NCBI GenBank assembly: GCA_964502225.1
Contig: CAZCUC010000002.1
Coordinates: forward strand, 9,092 to 73,091
Reading direction: 5' to 3'
Source: an uncultured Pseudomonadales bacterium
Lineage (GTDB): Bacteria; Patescibacteriota; Microgenomatia; UBA1400; UBA12108
Length of the DNA stretch: 64,000 nucleotides
Below, piece after piece: positions 28,904-38,075 of the stretch. How positions within the stretch are numbered: position 1 is the first letter of the stretch; each line of letters opens with the position of its first letter. Below the pieces are notes generated by a model. That model had not been told where the DNA came from and did no database searches. It worked only from the letters and a program-made list of their open reading frames with translations. The translations under genes and the position numbers were made by a program.

Positions 28904-30325
28904 TCAGTTTACAGAGGACAGGCGGGCAAGCACTTTTTCACGACCGAGAACTTGCATGGTTTCAAAAAGTGGAGGAGTGGCGGTCTTGCCGGTCACGGCT
29001 ATGCGGAGCATCATGAAGTATTGACCTGGCTTCCAGCCATTGGCCTCGGCGAGTGATCTAACTTTTTGCTCGATGTTTTCATGCGTCCAAACTTCTTTAT
29101 CAAGTCCTTCTAGTGCAGACCTAGTGGCGGAGAGCTGAGTAGCAACTTCTTCGGTAGTTGATTTTTTGGTCAGGACTGTTTGATCAACATTGATGTCGCG
29201 GTAGAAGAAAGTGGTGAGCTCCTCGAAATCCTTGAGGGTGACTAGGCGTTCTTTGATCAGGGGAAGAATCTGTGGGACAAGGGTATGTGGACAGTCGGAT
29301 GGGACAAAGGGAGCAAGACGCTTGGTAAGCTCTGTGTCTTCCATCTCGCGGATGTACATGCCGTTGTACCAGTTGAGCTTGTCGATATCAAAGACAGGAG
29401 CGGTGAGGGCTATCCGCTCGATCGTAAAGGTGCGAACAAATTCTTCCATATCGAAAATATCTTTTTTCTCCGGATGCGACCAACTCATGAGTGCAAGAAA
29501 GTTGAGCATAGCTTCTGGTAGGTATCCCTTGTCGCGATATGAAAGGACTGAAACATCATTTTTCCGCTTGCTCATTTTGGAGTGATCTTTGTTCCTGATC
29601 ACGGGTAGGTGCACGAAGATGGGCAGATCCCAGCCAAATGCCTCGTAAATAAGGACGTGCTTGGGGGTGGAAGAGAGCCATTCTTCACCCCGAATAATGT
29701 GGGTGACTTCCATGAGATGGTCATCTACTACTACACCCAAATGGTAAGTGGGGTAACCGTCGGATTTGAGGAGCACTTGGTCATCGATGCCAGAGTTTTG
29801 GAACTCGATGGGACCGCGAATGGCATCCTGGCAGATAGTGACGCCCGTTTCTGGGACTTTGAGGCGGATGACATATGATTCTCCGGCGGCGACGCGCTTT
29901 TTGGCTTCGTCTAAATCTATATTGCGACAAAATTTGTCGTAGCGTGGCAATTCTTTTTTTGCTTGCTGATCAGCACGTACCTGATCGAGGCGCTCTTTGG
30001 TACAGAAGCAGTAATAGGCTTTGCCGTTTTCGATCAGATCCTTGACGTGTTTTTGGTAGCTGGGTAGACACTCGGACTGGATGTAGGGAGCGTGAGGACC
30101 ACCGACGTTAGGCCCTTCATCATTGTCGATACCTAACCAAGCGAGTGCTTCAAAAATAACGTTTACGGCACCCTCTACCAACCTAGTCCTATCCGTATCT
30201 TCGATGCGAATGATAAACTGGCCGCCACTTTGACGGGCCAGTGCCCAGTTGCGCATGGCAGTATAGGCAGTACCTAGATGGAGCATGCCAGTGGGTGAGG
30301 GAGCGATGCGTGTACGTACAGACAT
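28904..30325 (-). CDS. gltX: Glutamyl-tRNA synthetase
   Basis: RTRIAPSPTG.LHLG, RIEDTD, IIRGEEW and KMSKR; true start MSVRTR. Confidence 0.96.
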   Translation of the reverse strand: MSVRTRIAPSPTGMLHLGTAYTAMRNWALARQSGGQFIIRIEDTDRTRLVEGAVNVIFEALAWLGIDNDEGPNVGGPHAPYIQSECLPSYQKHVKDLIENGKAYYCFCTKERLDQVRADQQAKKELPRYDKFCRNIDLDEAKKRVAAGESYVIRLKVPETGVTICQDAIRGPIEFQNSGIDDQVLLKSDGYPTYHLGVVVDDHLMEVTHIIRGEEWLSSTPKHVLIYEAFGWDLPIFVHLPVIRNKDHSKMSKRKNDVSVLSYRDKGYLPEAMLNFLALMSWSHPEKKDIFDMEEFVRTFTIERIALTAPVFDIDKLNWYNGMYIREMEDTELTKRLAPFVPSDCPHTLVPQILPLIKERLVTLKDFEELTTFFYRDINVDQTVLTKKSTTEEVATQLSATRSALEGLDKEVWTHENIEQKVRSLAEANGWKPGQYFMMLRIAVTGKTATPPLFETMQVLGREKVLARLSSVN

Positions 30326-30347
30326 AGAAGTATTATATACTAGGGAT

Positions 30348-31397
30348 ATGGCTAATTTAGGCGAAACAGCGATTGTGGCGCGAAAAGCGATCAAGTTTGG
30401 TGGATTTGCTCTAGTGTTTTTGATGGTGGGGAGGATAGTCCTCACCGCTTCGGTTGCATATTGGAAGAAACTGCACCCTGCCCCACCCCCACCACCAGAC
30501 GTGTTGTTTGGCAAACTCCCCAAAATTGTATTCCCGCAGGCCCAGACAGCGAGCTATACATATTCGCTAGAAACACCTACCGGAGGACTGCCCACTCGAC
30601 TACCTAATCAGTTTAAAGTCTTTTTCATGCCGATTAAAAAAGCGAATTTGTTGGCTTATGACGCAGCGGCGGCAGTTGCGACACGACTAGATTTTATCCA
30701 AGAGTCAAAAAAATTGTCTGAGACAGAGTACCGCTGGGACTCAACTGATCCAATCGCGGCGTCGCTGACAATCAATATTATTACCGGAGCTTTTACTCTG
30801 GATAAACGCTGGCAAGATGACCCCAGCTACACAACCCCGACAATCTACTACTCAGATGATCAAGCCATGGAGAGAATGTTGAACTTGCTCTCTAGGGTAG
30901 AGCTATTGCCAGACGATATCAAAGATGGCAAACCGACAGTGCAGTATCTAAAGGCAGATAAAGATCAACTCGTTTCGGCAGTCTCTCTGTCTCAGGCCCA
31001 TTTTGTCCAAGTAAATTTGTATAGAGCACCGGTTGATGGAGTTGAAGTAGTAAATCCCAGCTCAAAACAAGGTCTAATTACAGGTGTCCTGGCCCTCCAG
31101 AGGGAAGATGCTAGGCAGTTTGTCAATTTGCAGTACAACTATTTCCCGGTCGATCTGACCAGATCTGCGGTTTACCCGTTGATTGGAGTAGCAGAGGCGT
31201 GGCAAAGATTACAAAAAGGCGGCGGATTTGTAGCTGGGGTAAAACCAAATACTACAAATGTCGTAATCCGAGATATCACCCTGCAATATTATGACGCCGA
31301 TACTCCCCAACAATTTATGCAACCGGTATATGTCTTTATTGGTGACCCTGATTTTGTTGCCTATGTACCGGCAGTTGCTGATGCGTGGATAGAATAA
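30348..31397 (+). CDS. Membrane-anchored hypothetical protein
   Basis: TM then PPPPP..FGKLP; C-terminal QPVYVF.G...AYVPA. Confidence 0.75.
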   Translation: MANLGETAIVARKAIKFGGFALVFLMVGRIVLTASVAYWKKLHPAPPPPPDVLFGKLPKIVFPQAQTASYTYSLETPTGGLPTRLPNQFKVFFMPIKKANLLAYDAAAAVATRLDFIQESKKLSETEYRWDSTDPIAASLTINIITGAFTLDKRWQDDPSYTTPTIYYSDDQAMERMLNLLSRVELLPDDIKDGKPTVQYLKADKDQLVSAVSLSQAHFVQVNLYRAPVDGVEVVNPSSKQGLITGVLALQREDARQFVNLQYNYFPVDLTRSAVYPLIGVAEAWQRLQKGGGFVAGVKPNTTNVVIRDITLQYYDADTPQQFMQPVYVFIGDPDFVAYVPAVADAWIE

Positions 31398-31398
31398 A

Positions 31399-31431
31399 AA
31401 TCTCAAATCCTAAATTCTCAAATTCTCAAAT
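31399..31431. repeat. 7/8-mer tandem repeat
   Basis: AATCTCAA ATCCTAA ATTCTCAA ATTCTCAA AT between convergent genes. Confidence 0.75.
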
Positions 31432-31436
31432 GATGA

Positions 31437-32723
31437 TTATGGGCGCAAGCGTTTGACATCTCGTGGCAAGAACGTGGCCTCTTTGACACTAGCTAATCCC
31501 AAGATTTGCGCGACGATGCGACCTGGTCCAATGCCAACCCCACCGTGTGGAGGACAACCAAATTTGAAGAACTTCAAATAATCCGATAATGATTCTTCCG
31601 TTAAGCCTTTTTCTGCCGCTTGCTTGACTAGCATGTCGTAGCGATGCTCGCGCTGGGCACCGGTTGTAATTTCAACCCCTTTGTAGAGTAAATCAAAGCC
31701 TTTGGTTAAACCAGTTGCCTCATCACGCATATGGTAAAAGGCGCGGTTATCTTTGGGATAATCGGTGATAAAGACAAACTCACTACCAGTTTCTTCTTTG
31801 ACTATTTTGCAGATACCCCGCTCTTCGTCAGGCGAGAGGTCACCAGCTTTTTCACTGCTTATACCGGCTTGCTTGAGTTTGTTTTTTGCTTCAGCAAAGG
31901 GAATGCGAGCAAATGGGACCTTGATCTCCTCATCAATTAATCCGGCCGTCAATAAATTGGCAAAACCTGATTTGAGCATCGCCTCTTCGGTGTCCATTAT
32001 GTCGTGATGTGAATTAATATAGGCGATCTCAAAGTCCCAGCCAGTAAACTCGGTCATGTGGCGGGTAGTAAAGCTGAGCTCGGCGCGAAAAACAGGTCCT
32101 ACCATAAAGATTTTTTCAAACCCACTAGCAATGGCCATTTGCTTGTAAAACTGCGGCGATTGAGCAAGGTAAGCTTTTCCTTCAAAATACTTAACCTCAA
32201 ATACTTCTGCCCCAGATTCGCTGGCTGCGCTCATTAAAGCTGGAGAGTAGATTTGGGTAAAATTGTTCTTGGCAAAATACTCGCGTATCCCCTGTTCGAG
32301 TACAGTCCAGACACGGAAGATTTTATGAGATTCGCTTTTGCGCAGATCGAGCCAGCGCCAGTCAAAACGATTAGTGACGTCGACGTCGGCAGCACCTTTT
32401 TCTAAGGCTACAGGAATGGGGAGCTGGGCGTCGGATACTGAGAGCACTGTGGCTTTCAAACCGTCAATTTCAAACCCTTCTTGGACTTGTTTGGATTCTT
32501 TAACTAATCCTTCAATCTCCACAACAGATTCGAGCGAGAGATCTTTGACCACGGCGAACACATCTGCGTTCCAGGTACCACTCACTACCTGGACTGAGCC
32601 AGTCTCGTCGCGTAGACGCAGGAAAGCGATCTTGCCCTGGTTGCGGAGACTATGGGCAAAGCCAGCAACTGTGACAGTTTCACCGATTTTTGTTGATAGC
32701 TCTTTGACTTGGACTCTTTTCAT
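31437..32723 (-). CDS. aspS: Aspartyl-tRNA synthetase, short archaeal-type (probably non-discriminating)
   Basis: OB fold, LAQSPQFYKQ, FRAE...RH..EF and G.PPHGG.G.G; 428 aa. Confidence 0.92.
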   Translation of the reverse strand: MKRVQVKELSTKIGETVTVAGFAHSLRNQGKIAFLRLRDETGSVQVVSGTWNADVFAVVKDLSLESVVEIEGLVKESKQVQEGFEIDGLKATVLSVSDAQLPIPVALEKGAADVDVTNRFDWRWLDLRKSESHKIFRVWTVLEQGIREYFAKNNFTQIYSPALMSAASESGAEVFEVKYFEGKAYLAQSPQFYKQMAIASGFEKIFMVGPVFRAELSFTTRHMTEFTGWDFEIAYINSHHDIMDTEEAMLKSGFANLLTAGLIDEEIKVPFARIPFAEAKNKLKQAGISSEKAGDLSPDEERGICKIVKEETGSEFVFITDYPKDNRAFYHMRDEATGLTKGFDLLYKGVEITTGAQREHRYDMLVKQAAEKGLTEESLSDYLKFFKFGCPPHGGVGIGPGRIVAQILGLASVKEATFLPRDVKRLRP

Positions 32724-32737
32724 ATAGCGATTATAGC

Positions 32738-33700
32738 TTAGAGATCAGGAGTTATCCAACTATGGTGGGAGTAAGCCCAGTCGATGAGTTTGGCAGAATC
32801 GCCGAATCTATCGAGGGAACCCAAGACTACGACGACAATTTTGTGCCCATCTCGCTCTACATAACTCACGAGACACTCCCCTGCGGCAGTAGTCCAGCCG
32901 GTTTTGAGTCCGATCATACCTGGTACAACTCCCAAGAGTTCGTTGGTGGTTTCGAGCTTGTGGGTGATGGTGCCAGCAACATCTGTCACGGTCACAAATT
33001 TTGTACTTGCCATGTCGGCAATGATCGGATTATCCATGGCAACCGAGGCTAGGATCGCCAGATCGCGAGCTGTGGTTGTGTGACCGTATTGCTCAACCCC
33101 AGATGGGTTTTTGAAGGTTGTATGGTCAAGATGGAGCTCCCCTGCTTTGTCGTTCATAGCTTTGACAAAAGCGGTGTATCCACCAGGGTAGTTATCGGCT
33201 ACGGCGAGGGCCGCGTCGTTGCCCGAATGTACGATCAAACCATAAAGAATGTTTTTGAGCGTGATAGTCTCGCCTTTTTCGAGATCGATGGTTTGACCGA
33301 TAGCTCGGTCTTCATTTTTGACTGTAATCTGAGTGTCTAGATCACTCCAGTGCTCCAGGGCAACGAGGGCAGTCATGACTTTGGTGATAGATGCAGGCAG
33401 GAGGAGGGTGTCGGGATTTTTGCTATACAAAATGGTCTTGCTTCCGACGTCTTGGATAACGACTGCTCTGGCGGTAGTGTAGGGAGCTTTGATACCGCCT
33501 GATATTGGGTAGAGTAAAGGCGTGATCTCGCTGAGACTATAGGCACGGATAGGTCCAGGATGTAAAACTATTGTTTGGAGCTGGTTGTGACCAGGATAAA
33601 GGAACGCAAGGAGATAGAGGCTAGATGCGAGGAGATAGTGAGATGGAGGCAATCTCAGCAGAAACGAAATAAATGTTGAAAAAGATTTAAAGTTCCACAT
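32738..33700 (-). CDS. D-alanyl-D-alanine carboxypeptidase (S11)
   Basis: PASITK (SxxK), SGN and KTG motifs. Confidence 0.92.
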   Translation of the reverse strand: MWNFKSFSTFISFLLRLPPSHYLLASSLYLLAFLYPGHNQLQTIVLHPGPIRAYSLSEITPLLYPISGGIKAPYTTARAVVIQDVGSKTILYSKNPDTLLLPASITKVMTALVALEHWSDLDTQITVKNEDRAIGQTIDLEKGETITLKNILYGLIVHSGNDAALAVADNYPGGYTAFVKAMNDKAGELHLDHTTFKNPSGVEQYGHTTTARDLAILASVAMDNPIIADMASTKFVTVTDVAGTITHKLETTNELLGVVPGMIGLKTGWTTAAGECLVSYVERDGHKIVVVVLGSLDRFGDSAKLIDWAYSHHSWITPDL

Positions 33701-35354
33701 AGCTACCGATCAGTTGGAGTGATTCTTTGTTCTGCCAAACATTAATATCGATCGTACAAATTAGCGCTTTAATATACTTTAAGGGGTAGTCTTCTTTGGC
33801 GTTAAAAAGCATTAGTTCACGGGTTGTCCCGTTTTGCTCGACCGTAAGTTTGCGGTGCTTCCCTTCTGCCCCCAGTTTTCTATCCTCGAGGACCGTAAGA
33901 TTTTCTAAGAGAAATTTGGGTTTTTGGTTTCTCATCCCAAATGGCTCGAGTGTATGGAGTAGCTTGGCGAGTGAGAGCGAGGTTGATGAAAGAGGGAGAC
34001 TCAGGTCGGCCGAGTGTGATTTGAGCAGTAAACTATCGGCAATCGTGGTATCGGCTAGTTGCTCGAGCTCGTCCTTCATGGGAGCCACTTGATCTTTAGC
34101 CAAACTAAAACCGGCGGCTTGATCGTGTCCGCCCAGTCCGAGGAAAGGAGTTTGGAGGGAACGGAGTAGATCGGTGATGTTGACACCACTGACCGATCTT
34201 GCGGATCCTTTGATCACGTCACCATTGTCGCTCATGACTACGGCTGGGCGATGGAATAGTTCGGTCAATTTACCAGCTACGAGTCCTATCACGCCTTCGT
34301 GATAGTCGCCAGTTACAACAATAATTTTGTGAGCGATATCCTTGCCTACGACCATTTTGAGCGCACGGTCGGTATATTCTTGCCGATCTTTGTTGTGTGA
34401 TTCTATTTTTCCCGCTAAAACCTGAGAGATTTCTGGATTACTACTGCAGAGGAGCCTCAAGGCATCGAGAGGATTGTATATCCGACCAGAAGCATTGATC
34501 CGTGGCGCAATACCAAAACTGATATCGTAGGTGGTGAGCGACTTTTCTGCCACACCCATGACGGTCTTCATGGCAATTAAACCTACCCGCTTGGTATGAG
34601 ATAGCAGTTTGAGCCCGTGGGCGGCAATTGACCGGTTGAGCCCAGTCAAAGGCATCATGTCGGCAACTACTCCGATTGTGACGAGATCTAGTAACTGCAT
34701 ACCTGGTTCTCCAAGGAGATACATGGCAAAAATCCAAGCTACACCTGCACCGGAGGTGTGGAGCGTGTGGATGATCGCAGTCGCAGGAGGCAAACCAACC
34801 TCTAGGGGTAAGTGATGATCGGTGACGATTACATCGATACCTGCATCGCGAAATGACTTGATACCGGCGTGGGCTACTATCCCAGTATCCACCGTGATAA
34901 TAAGTTTGGGTGAGAAATCCTTGTATTGCCCTGTCCCAAAGGCTGTACCCGTGATTACTTCACCCACTGCCTTGTCTCCTAGGCCATAGCCGTGTTTGTG
35001 TCGGTCTGGGATAAAAGGCAAGATACGTGAGCTCGAGCTTTGCTGTTTGGCGTAGGCAGTGATGGTCTGCCACATGATGGCGCAACTGGTGACCCCATCG
35101 GCGTCGTAATCGCCAAAAACACAGATATCATGACCGAGGGAAATGTGGGCATCTAGTATTTTCTTGGCTTTTGTGAGGACTGTTTTGGTTATCCCAGATT
35201 CTTTGAGGAGATATTCTAGTGAGGGCTCGGGTGGGTGGAGAAATGCGTCTTGTTCTTTGGCTGTTTTGTATCCCCGACTTTCCAATATGGCCTCAAAAAT
35301 CTCTTGAGCGTTTGCCCCATCTTTCACTTTTGTTTTGATTTTGATATCAGTCAT
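33687..35354 (-). CDS. recJ: ssDNA exonuclease RecJ
   Basis: GDYDADG, TVDTG, TDHH, PRINASGR, GSARS and GGH..AAG; start set at MTDIK. Confidence 0.93.
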   Translation of the reverse strand: MTDIKIKTKVKDGANAQEIFEAILESRGYKTAKEQDAFLHPPEPSLEYLLKESGITKTVLTKAKKILDAHISLGHDICVFGDYDADGVTSCAIMWQTITAYAKQQSSSSRILPFIPDRHKHGYGLGDKAVGEVITGTAFGTGQYKDFSPKLIITVDTGIVAHAGIKSFRDAGIDVIVTDHHLPLEVGLPPATAIIHTLHTSGAGVAWIFAMYLLGEPGMQLLDLVTIGVVADMMPLTGLNRSIAAHGLKLLSHTKRVGLIAMKTVMGVAEKSLTTYDISFGIAPRINASGRIYNPLDALRLLCSSNPEISQVLAGKIESHNKDRQEYTDRALKMVVGKDIAHKIIVVTGDYHEGVIGLVAGKLTELFHRPAVVMSDNGDVIKGSARSVSGVNITDLLRSLQTPFLGLGGHDQAAGFSLAKDQVAPMKDELEQLADTTIADSLLLKSHSADLSLPLSSTSLSLAKLLHTLEPFGMRNQKPKFLLENLTVLEDRKLGAEGKHRKLTVEQNGTTRELMLFNAKEDYPLKYIKALICTIDINVWQNKESLQLIGSYVEL

Positions 35355-35360
35355 AGATTT

Positions 35361-35388
35361 TATTCCGTTGAATCGATTCAACGGAATA
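35361..35388. repeat. Perfect 28-bp palindrome (family copy 2)
   Basis: TATTCCGTTGAATC|GATTCAACGGAATA. Confidence 0.95.
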
Positions 35389-36108
35389 TTATTTTTCAAG
35401 AATAAATTTAGTAGCTAAGTTTAGCATTTCTAGCCAGGCTACTTTCTCAATATCGCTCGTGGGTCTGAGCATAGGGTGGCCATAGCCACTGATCTCGTGG
35501 AATTGAGGATGTAAAGCTGACTCTCTAAAAGAAGTTTTCACTCCCTCTGGGATTACTTTGTCATCTAATCCGTAAATAATCAACGTGTGGCTTAAATACT
35601 TCTTCAAGTCTGTAAATGCTCCACTGGAATTCCAGTTCTCAGGTTTATTAATAATTTCTGTAAAGTCTGGACCAAAAGGCTGTGATTCTGCCTCTAATCC
35701 ATACGCGGCCGCTGATTGGAGTATTAAACCTTTGATCTTTAGATGTTTGGAAATCAATCTACAGGCTATGTGTCCACCCATGCTGGATCCCCAAAGATAT
35801 ATTTGATTCTCGGATAATCCTGTTGTATTAATAAAATATTGCAAGGCTGATTCGGCATCGATTAATCGGTCGTTGAGAGTACTGTTTGTCAGATATCCTT
35901 CACTATTTCCGCAACCTCTAAAGCTAAATGCTAGGCTAATAATCCCCTGATTGGCTAGGTATGCCTGCACTTCCCCATATCGCTCAGCATCAGCGTGACC
36001 GCCCCCATGAAAAAAAATGACTCCCTTTTTGACTGTGGGATTGGGTGTCACCAAGACGCCATCGAGTAATAGGTTGTTGGATTTAATTTTTAAGTGCGTA
36101 GTATTCAT
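35389..36108 (-). CDS. Alpha/beta hydrolase
   Basis: HGGG, RG.G.SEG, GSSMGG, D.VI and GH; AT-rich. Confidence 0.9.
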   Translation of the reverse strand: MNTTHLKIKSNNLLLDGVLVTPNPTVKKGVIFFHGGGHADAERYGEVQAYLANQGIISLAFSFRGCGNSEGYLTNSTLNDRLIDAESALQYFINTTGLSENQIYLWGSSMGGHIACRLISKHLKIKGLILQSAAAYGLEAESQPFGPDFTEIINKPENWNSSGAFTDLKKYLSHTLIIYGLDDKVIPEGVKTSFRESALHPQFHEISGYGHPMLRPTSDIEKVAWLEMLNLATKFILEK

Positions 36109-36115
36109 ATACTTG

Positions 36116-36143
36116 TATTCCGTTGTATCGATACAATAGAATA
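36116..36143. repeat. 28-bp palindrome, 2 mismatches (family copy 3)
   Basis: TATTCCGTTGTATC|GATACAATAGAATA. Confidence 0.9.
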
Positions 36144-36150
36144 TTTGATT

Positions 36151-36603
36151 CTACCTCAGTTGACTTCGAAGGTTGCGGGATTTTAGGCGTGTGACTTTTT
36201 CATTTCCAGCTTTTTGCCAGTTACGGTACTTGCCGGGAGGCAATTTGTCTAAGATAGCCTCTATCTGGTCAAAAAACTGTTGCCAATCTTTTTTGAGATC
36301 AAGCAATCCTAAGGCTTTTCTTGTGGTTGGACTGGCGTTTTTGAGCCAACTACTGACACTCATGACGGCGGAGTTACTGACAAATAAAGTATCCTTGATA
36401 TGTTCCACTTTCTGTCCACGCATGAGTAACACCATTATCATGAACCTTTTGCTTAACATTATTTTTTCCGTCTGTGTCAAAAAGTCGTTTAAAAACTCAT
36501 AAAATCCATTTTTTGCAGAGATTAGTGAAGCAAACTCACAAAGTTCTCCAAAAATGAGTTTTTCCATCTCTGGCTGGAGCTGATGCCTAGAAATCTGGGT
36601 CAT
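36151..36603 (-). CDS. TrpR/YerC-like DNA-binding protein
   Basis: FL.DFLT.TE..ML.KR..I..LL..G....I...L.VS...V..V matches the TrpR/YerC HTH pattern. Confidence 0.8.
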   Translation of the reverse strand: MTQISRHQLQPEMEKLIFGELCEFASLISAKNGFYEFLNDFLTQTEKIMLSKRFMIMVLLMRGQKVEHIKDTLFVSNSAVMSVSSWLKNASPTTRKALGLLDLKKDWQQFFDQIEAILDKLPPGKYRNWQKAGNEKVTRLKSRNLRSQLR

Positions 36604-36609
36604 ATTTTT

Positions 36610-36637
36610 TATTCCGATCTATCGATACAACGGAATG
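36610..36637. repeat. 28-bp palindrome, 3 mismatches (family copy 4)
   Basis: TATTCCGATCTATC|GATACAACGGAATG. Confidence 0.88.
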
Positions 36638-36695
36638 AAACTAATTGAGTCTCATTACATGATACACCCCTAGTAGGCGTGGTAGACTATATGCT

Positions 36696-38075
36696 ATGAA
36701 ATACAAGTTTGATCATGGGGTGGTGAAAATAGTAGAAACGATTGAGAAAGCGGGATATGAGGTGTGGATAGTGGGGGGAGCTGTGCGCGACTTACTGCTT
36801 GATATCCCCTCTTCTGACTGGGACGTAACCACAAATGCCTCGCCTGAGCAAATCCAACCTTTATTTGCCGATAGTTTTTATGACAATGAGTACGGCACAG
36901 TCAAAGTAGCTGGTAAACATATAAGCGAACAATTTGGGCTGGCAGAAGGCGAGATTGATGACTCGGTTCTCTACGATATCACCACCTACCGTAGTGAGAG
37001 TGAGTATAGCGATAAGCGTAGGCCAGATAGTGTTGAATGGGGCAAGACCGTGGAGGAAGACCTTAAGCGTCGTGACTTTACGATCAACGCGATTGCCCTT
37101 CGACAAGCTCAGGGTAAACTCACAGAAATCATAGATCCTTACGGTGGACAAGAGGATTTGAAAAATAAATTGATCAAGGCAGTCGGGGATCCAACTGAGC
37201 GATTTGAAGAAGATGCCCTCCGGATCATGCGGGCGATCCGACTATCGTCCCAACTAGGATTTATGATTGAGGATCAAACACTTGTGGCGCTCAAAGAAAA
37301 AGTAGCCAATTTGAAAGAGATTTCGTGGGAAAGGATTGGCGCTGAAACAATGAAGCTCCTGGGAACCGAGCACGCGGCCGATGGGATCCAGCTAATGGTC
37401 AATACTGGGATTATAGAGATCGTGATGCCAGAACTACTCTCGATGAAAGAGGTCAAGCAAGGTGGTCATCATATATATGACGTCTTCACTCATAGCCTAG
37501 AAGCACTTAGGGCTTGCCCCTCTCCTGATCCGGTCGTACGCCTAGCAACACTGATCCATGATATTGACAAACCGGTGGTAGCCAAAGCTGGCGGTGAGCG
37601 GGGAGTGACGTTTTATAACCACGAAGTGTCTGGGGCGCGGACAGCCAAGCGGATAGCCGAGCGACTAAAGCTGTCCAAAAAAGACCAGGACCGGGTGTTT
37701 ACCCTCGTTCGCTGGCACATGTTTGTGTACGAATCCAAAATGACCGATGCCTCGATCCGCAGATTTATCCGCCGGGTGGGCAAAGAAAATATTCATGACA
37801 TGATGGCACTGCGTATTGGTGACCGCGTGGGGGGTGGATCGAAGGCTACTAGCTGGCGACTGACGGAACTACAGAAGAGAATTGGTGAACAGTTCTATGA
37901 ACCACTGTCGCTCAAAGATATGAATATAAATGGGGCTGAGATTATGACACTCTTAAATATCCCCCCTTCCCGTAAAGTGGGCGAAATACTCAATGTCCTA
38001 TTTGAAGAAATATTGGATGATAGCTCTAAGAATACTAAAGAGTATTTGGAAAAACGAGTGAAGGAATTAGCGTAG
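36696..38075 (+). CDS. cca: CCA-adding enzyme / tRNA nucleotidyltransferase with HD domain
   Basis: VGGAVRD...DWD, EDL.RRDFTINA, RF.EDALR..RA.R and LIHDI.KP. Confidence 0.92.
   Translation: MKYKFDHGVVKIVETIEKAGYEVWIVGGAVRDLLLDIPSSDWDVTTNASPEQIQPLFADSFYDNEYGTVKVAGKHISEQFGLAEGEIDDSVLYDITTYRSESEYSDKRRPDSVEWGKTVEEDLKRRDFTINAIALRQAQGKLTEIIDPYGGQEDLKNKLIKAVGDPTERFEEDALRIMRAIRLSSQLGFMIEDQTLVALKEKVANLKEISWERIGAETMKLLGTEHAADGIQLMVNTGIIEIVMPELLSMKEVKQGGHHIYDVFTHSLEALRACPSPDPVVRLATLIHDIDKPVVAKAGGERGVTFYNHEVSGARTAKRIAERLKLSKKDQDRVFTLVRWHMFVYESKMTDASIRRFIRRVGKENIHDMMALRIGDRVGGGSKATSWRLTELQKRIGEQFYEPLSLKDMNINGAEIMTLLNIPPSRKVGEILNVLFEEILDDSSKNTKEYLEKRVKELA
37096..37114. repeat. Small hairpin element inside cca (encodes LRQAQG)
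   Basis: CCCT-TCGACAAGCTC-AGGG directly after the conserved INAIA motif. Confidence 0.6.

Noticed and set aside
30285-30523. Long N-terminal extensions of gltX and its divergent neighbour
   Set aside because: The extensions overlap each other's coding regions; conserved starts and -10 boxes place the starts at 30325 and 30348.
35355-35399. RecJ N-terminal extension MKNNIPLNRFNGIKS
   Set aside because: This is read-through of the palindrome and the hydrolase end; MTDIK is the more plausible start, although not proven.
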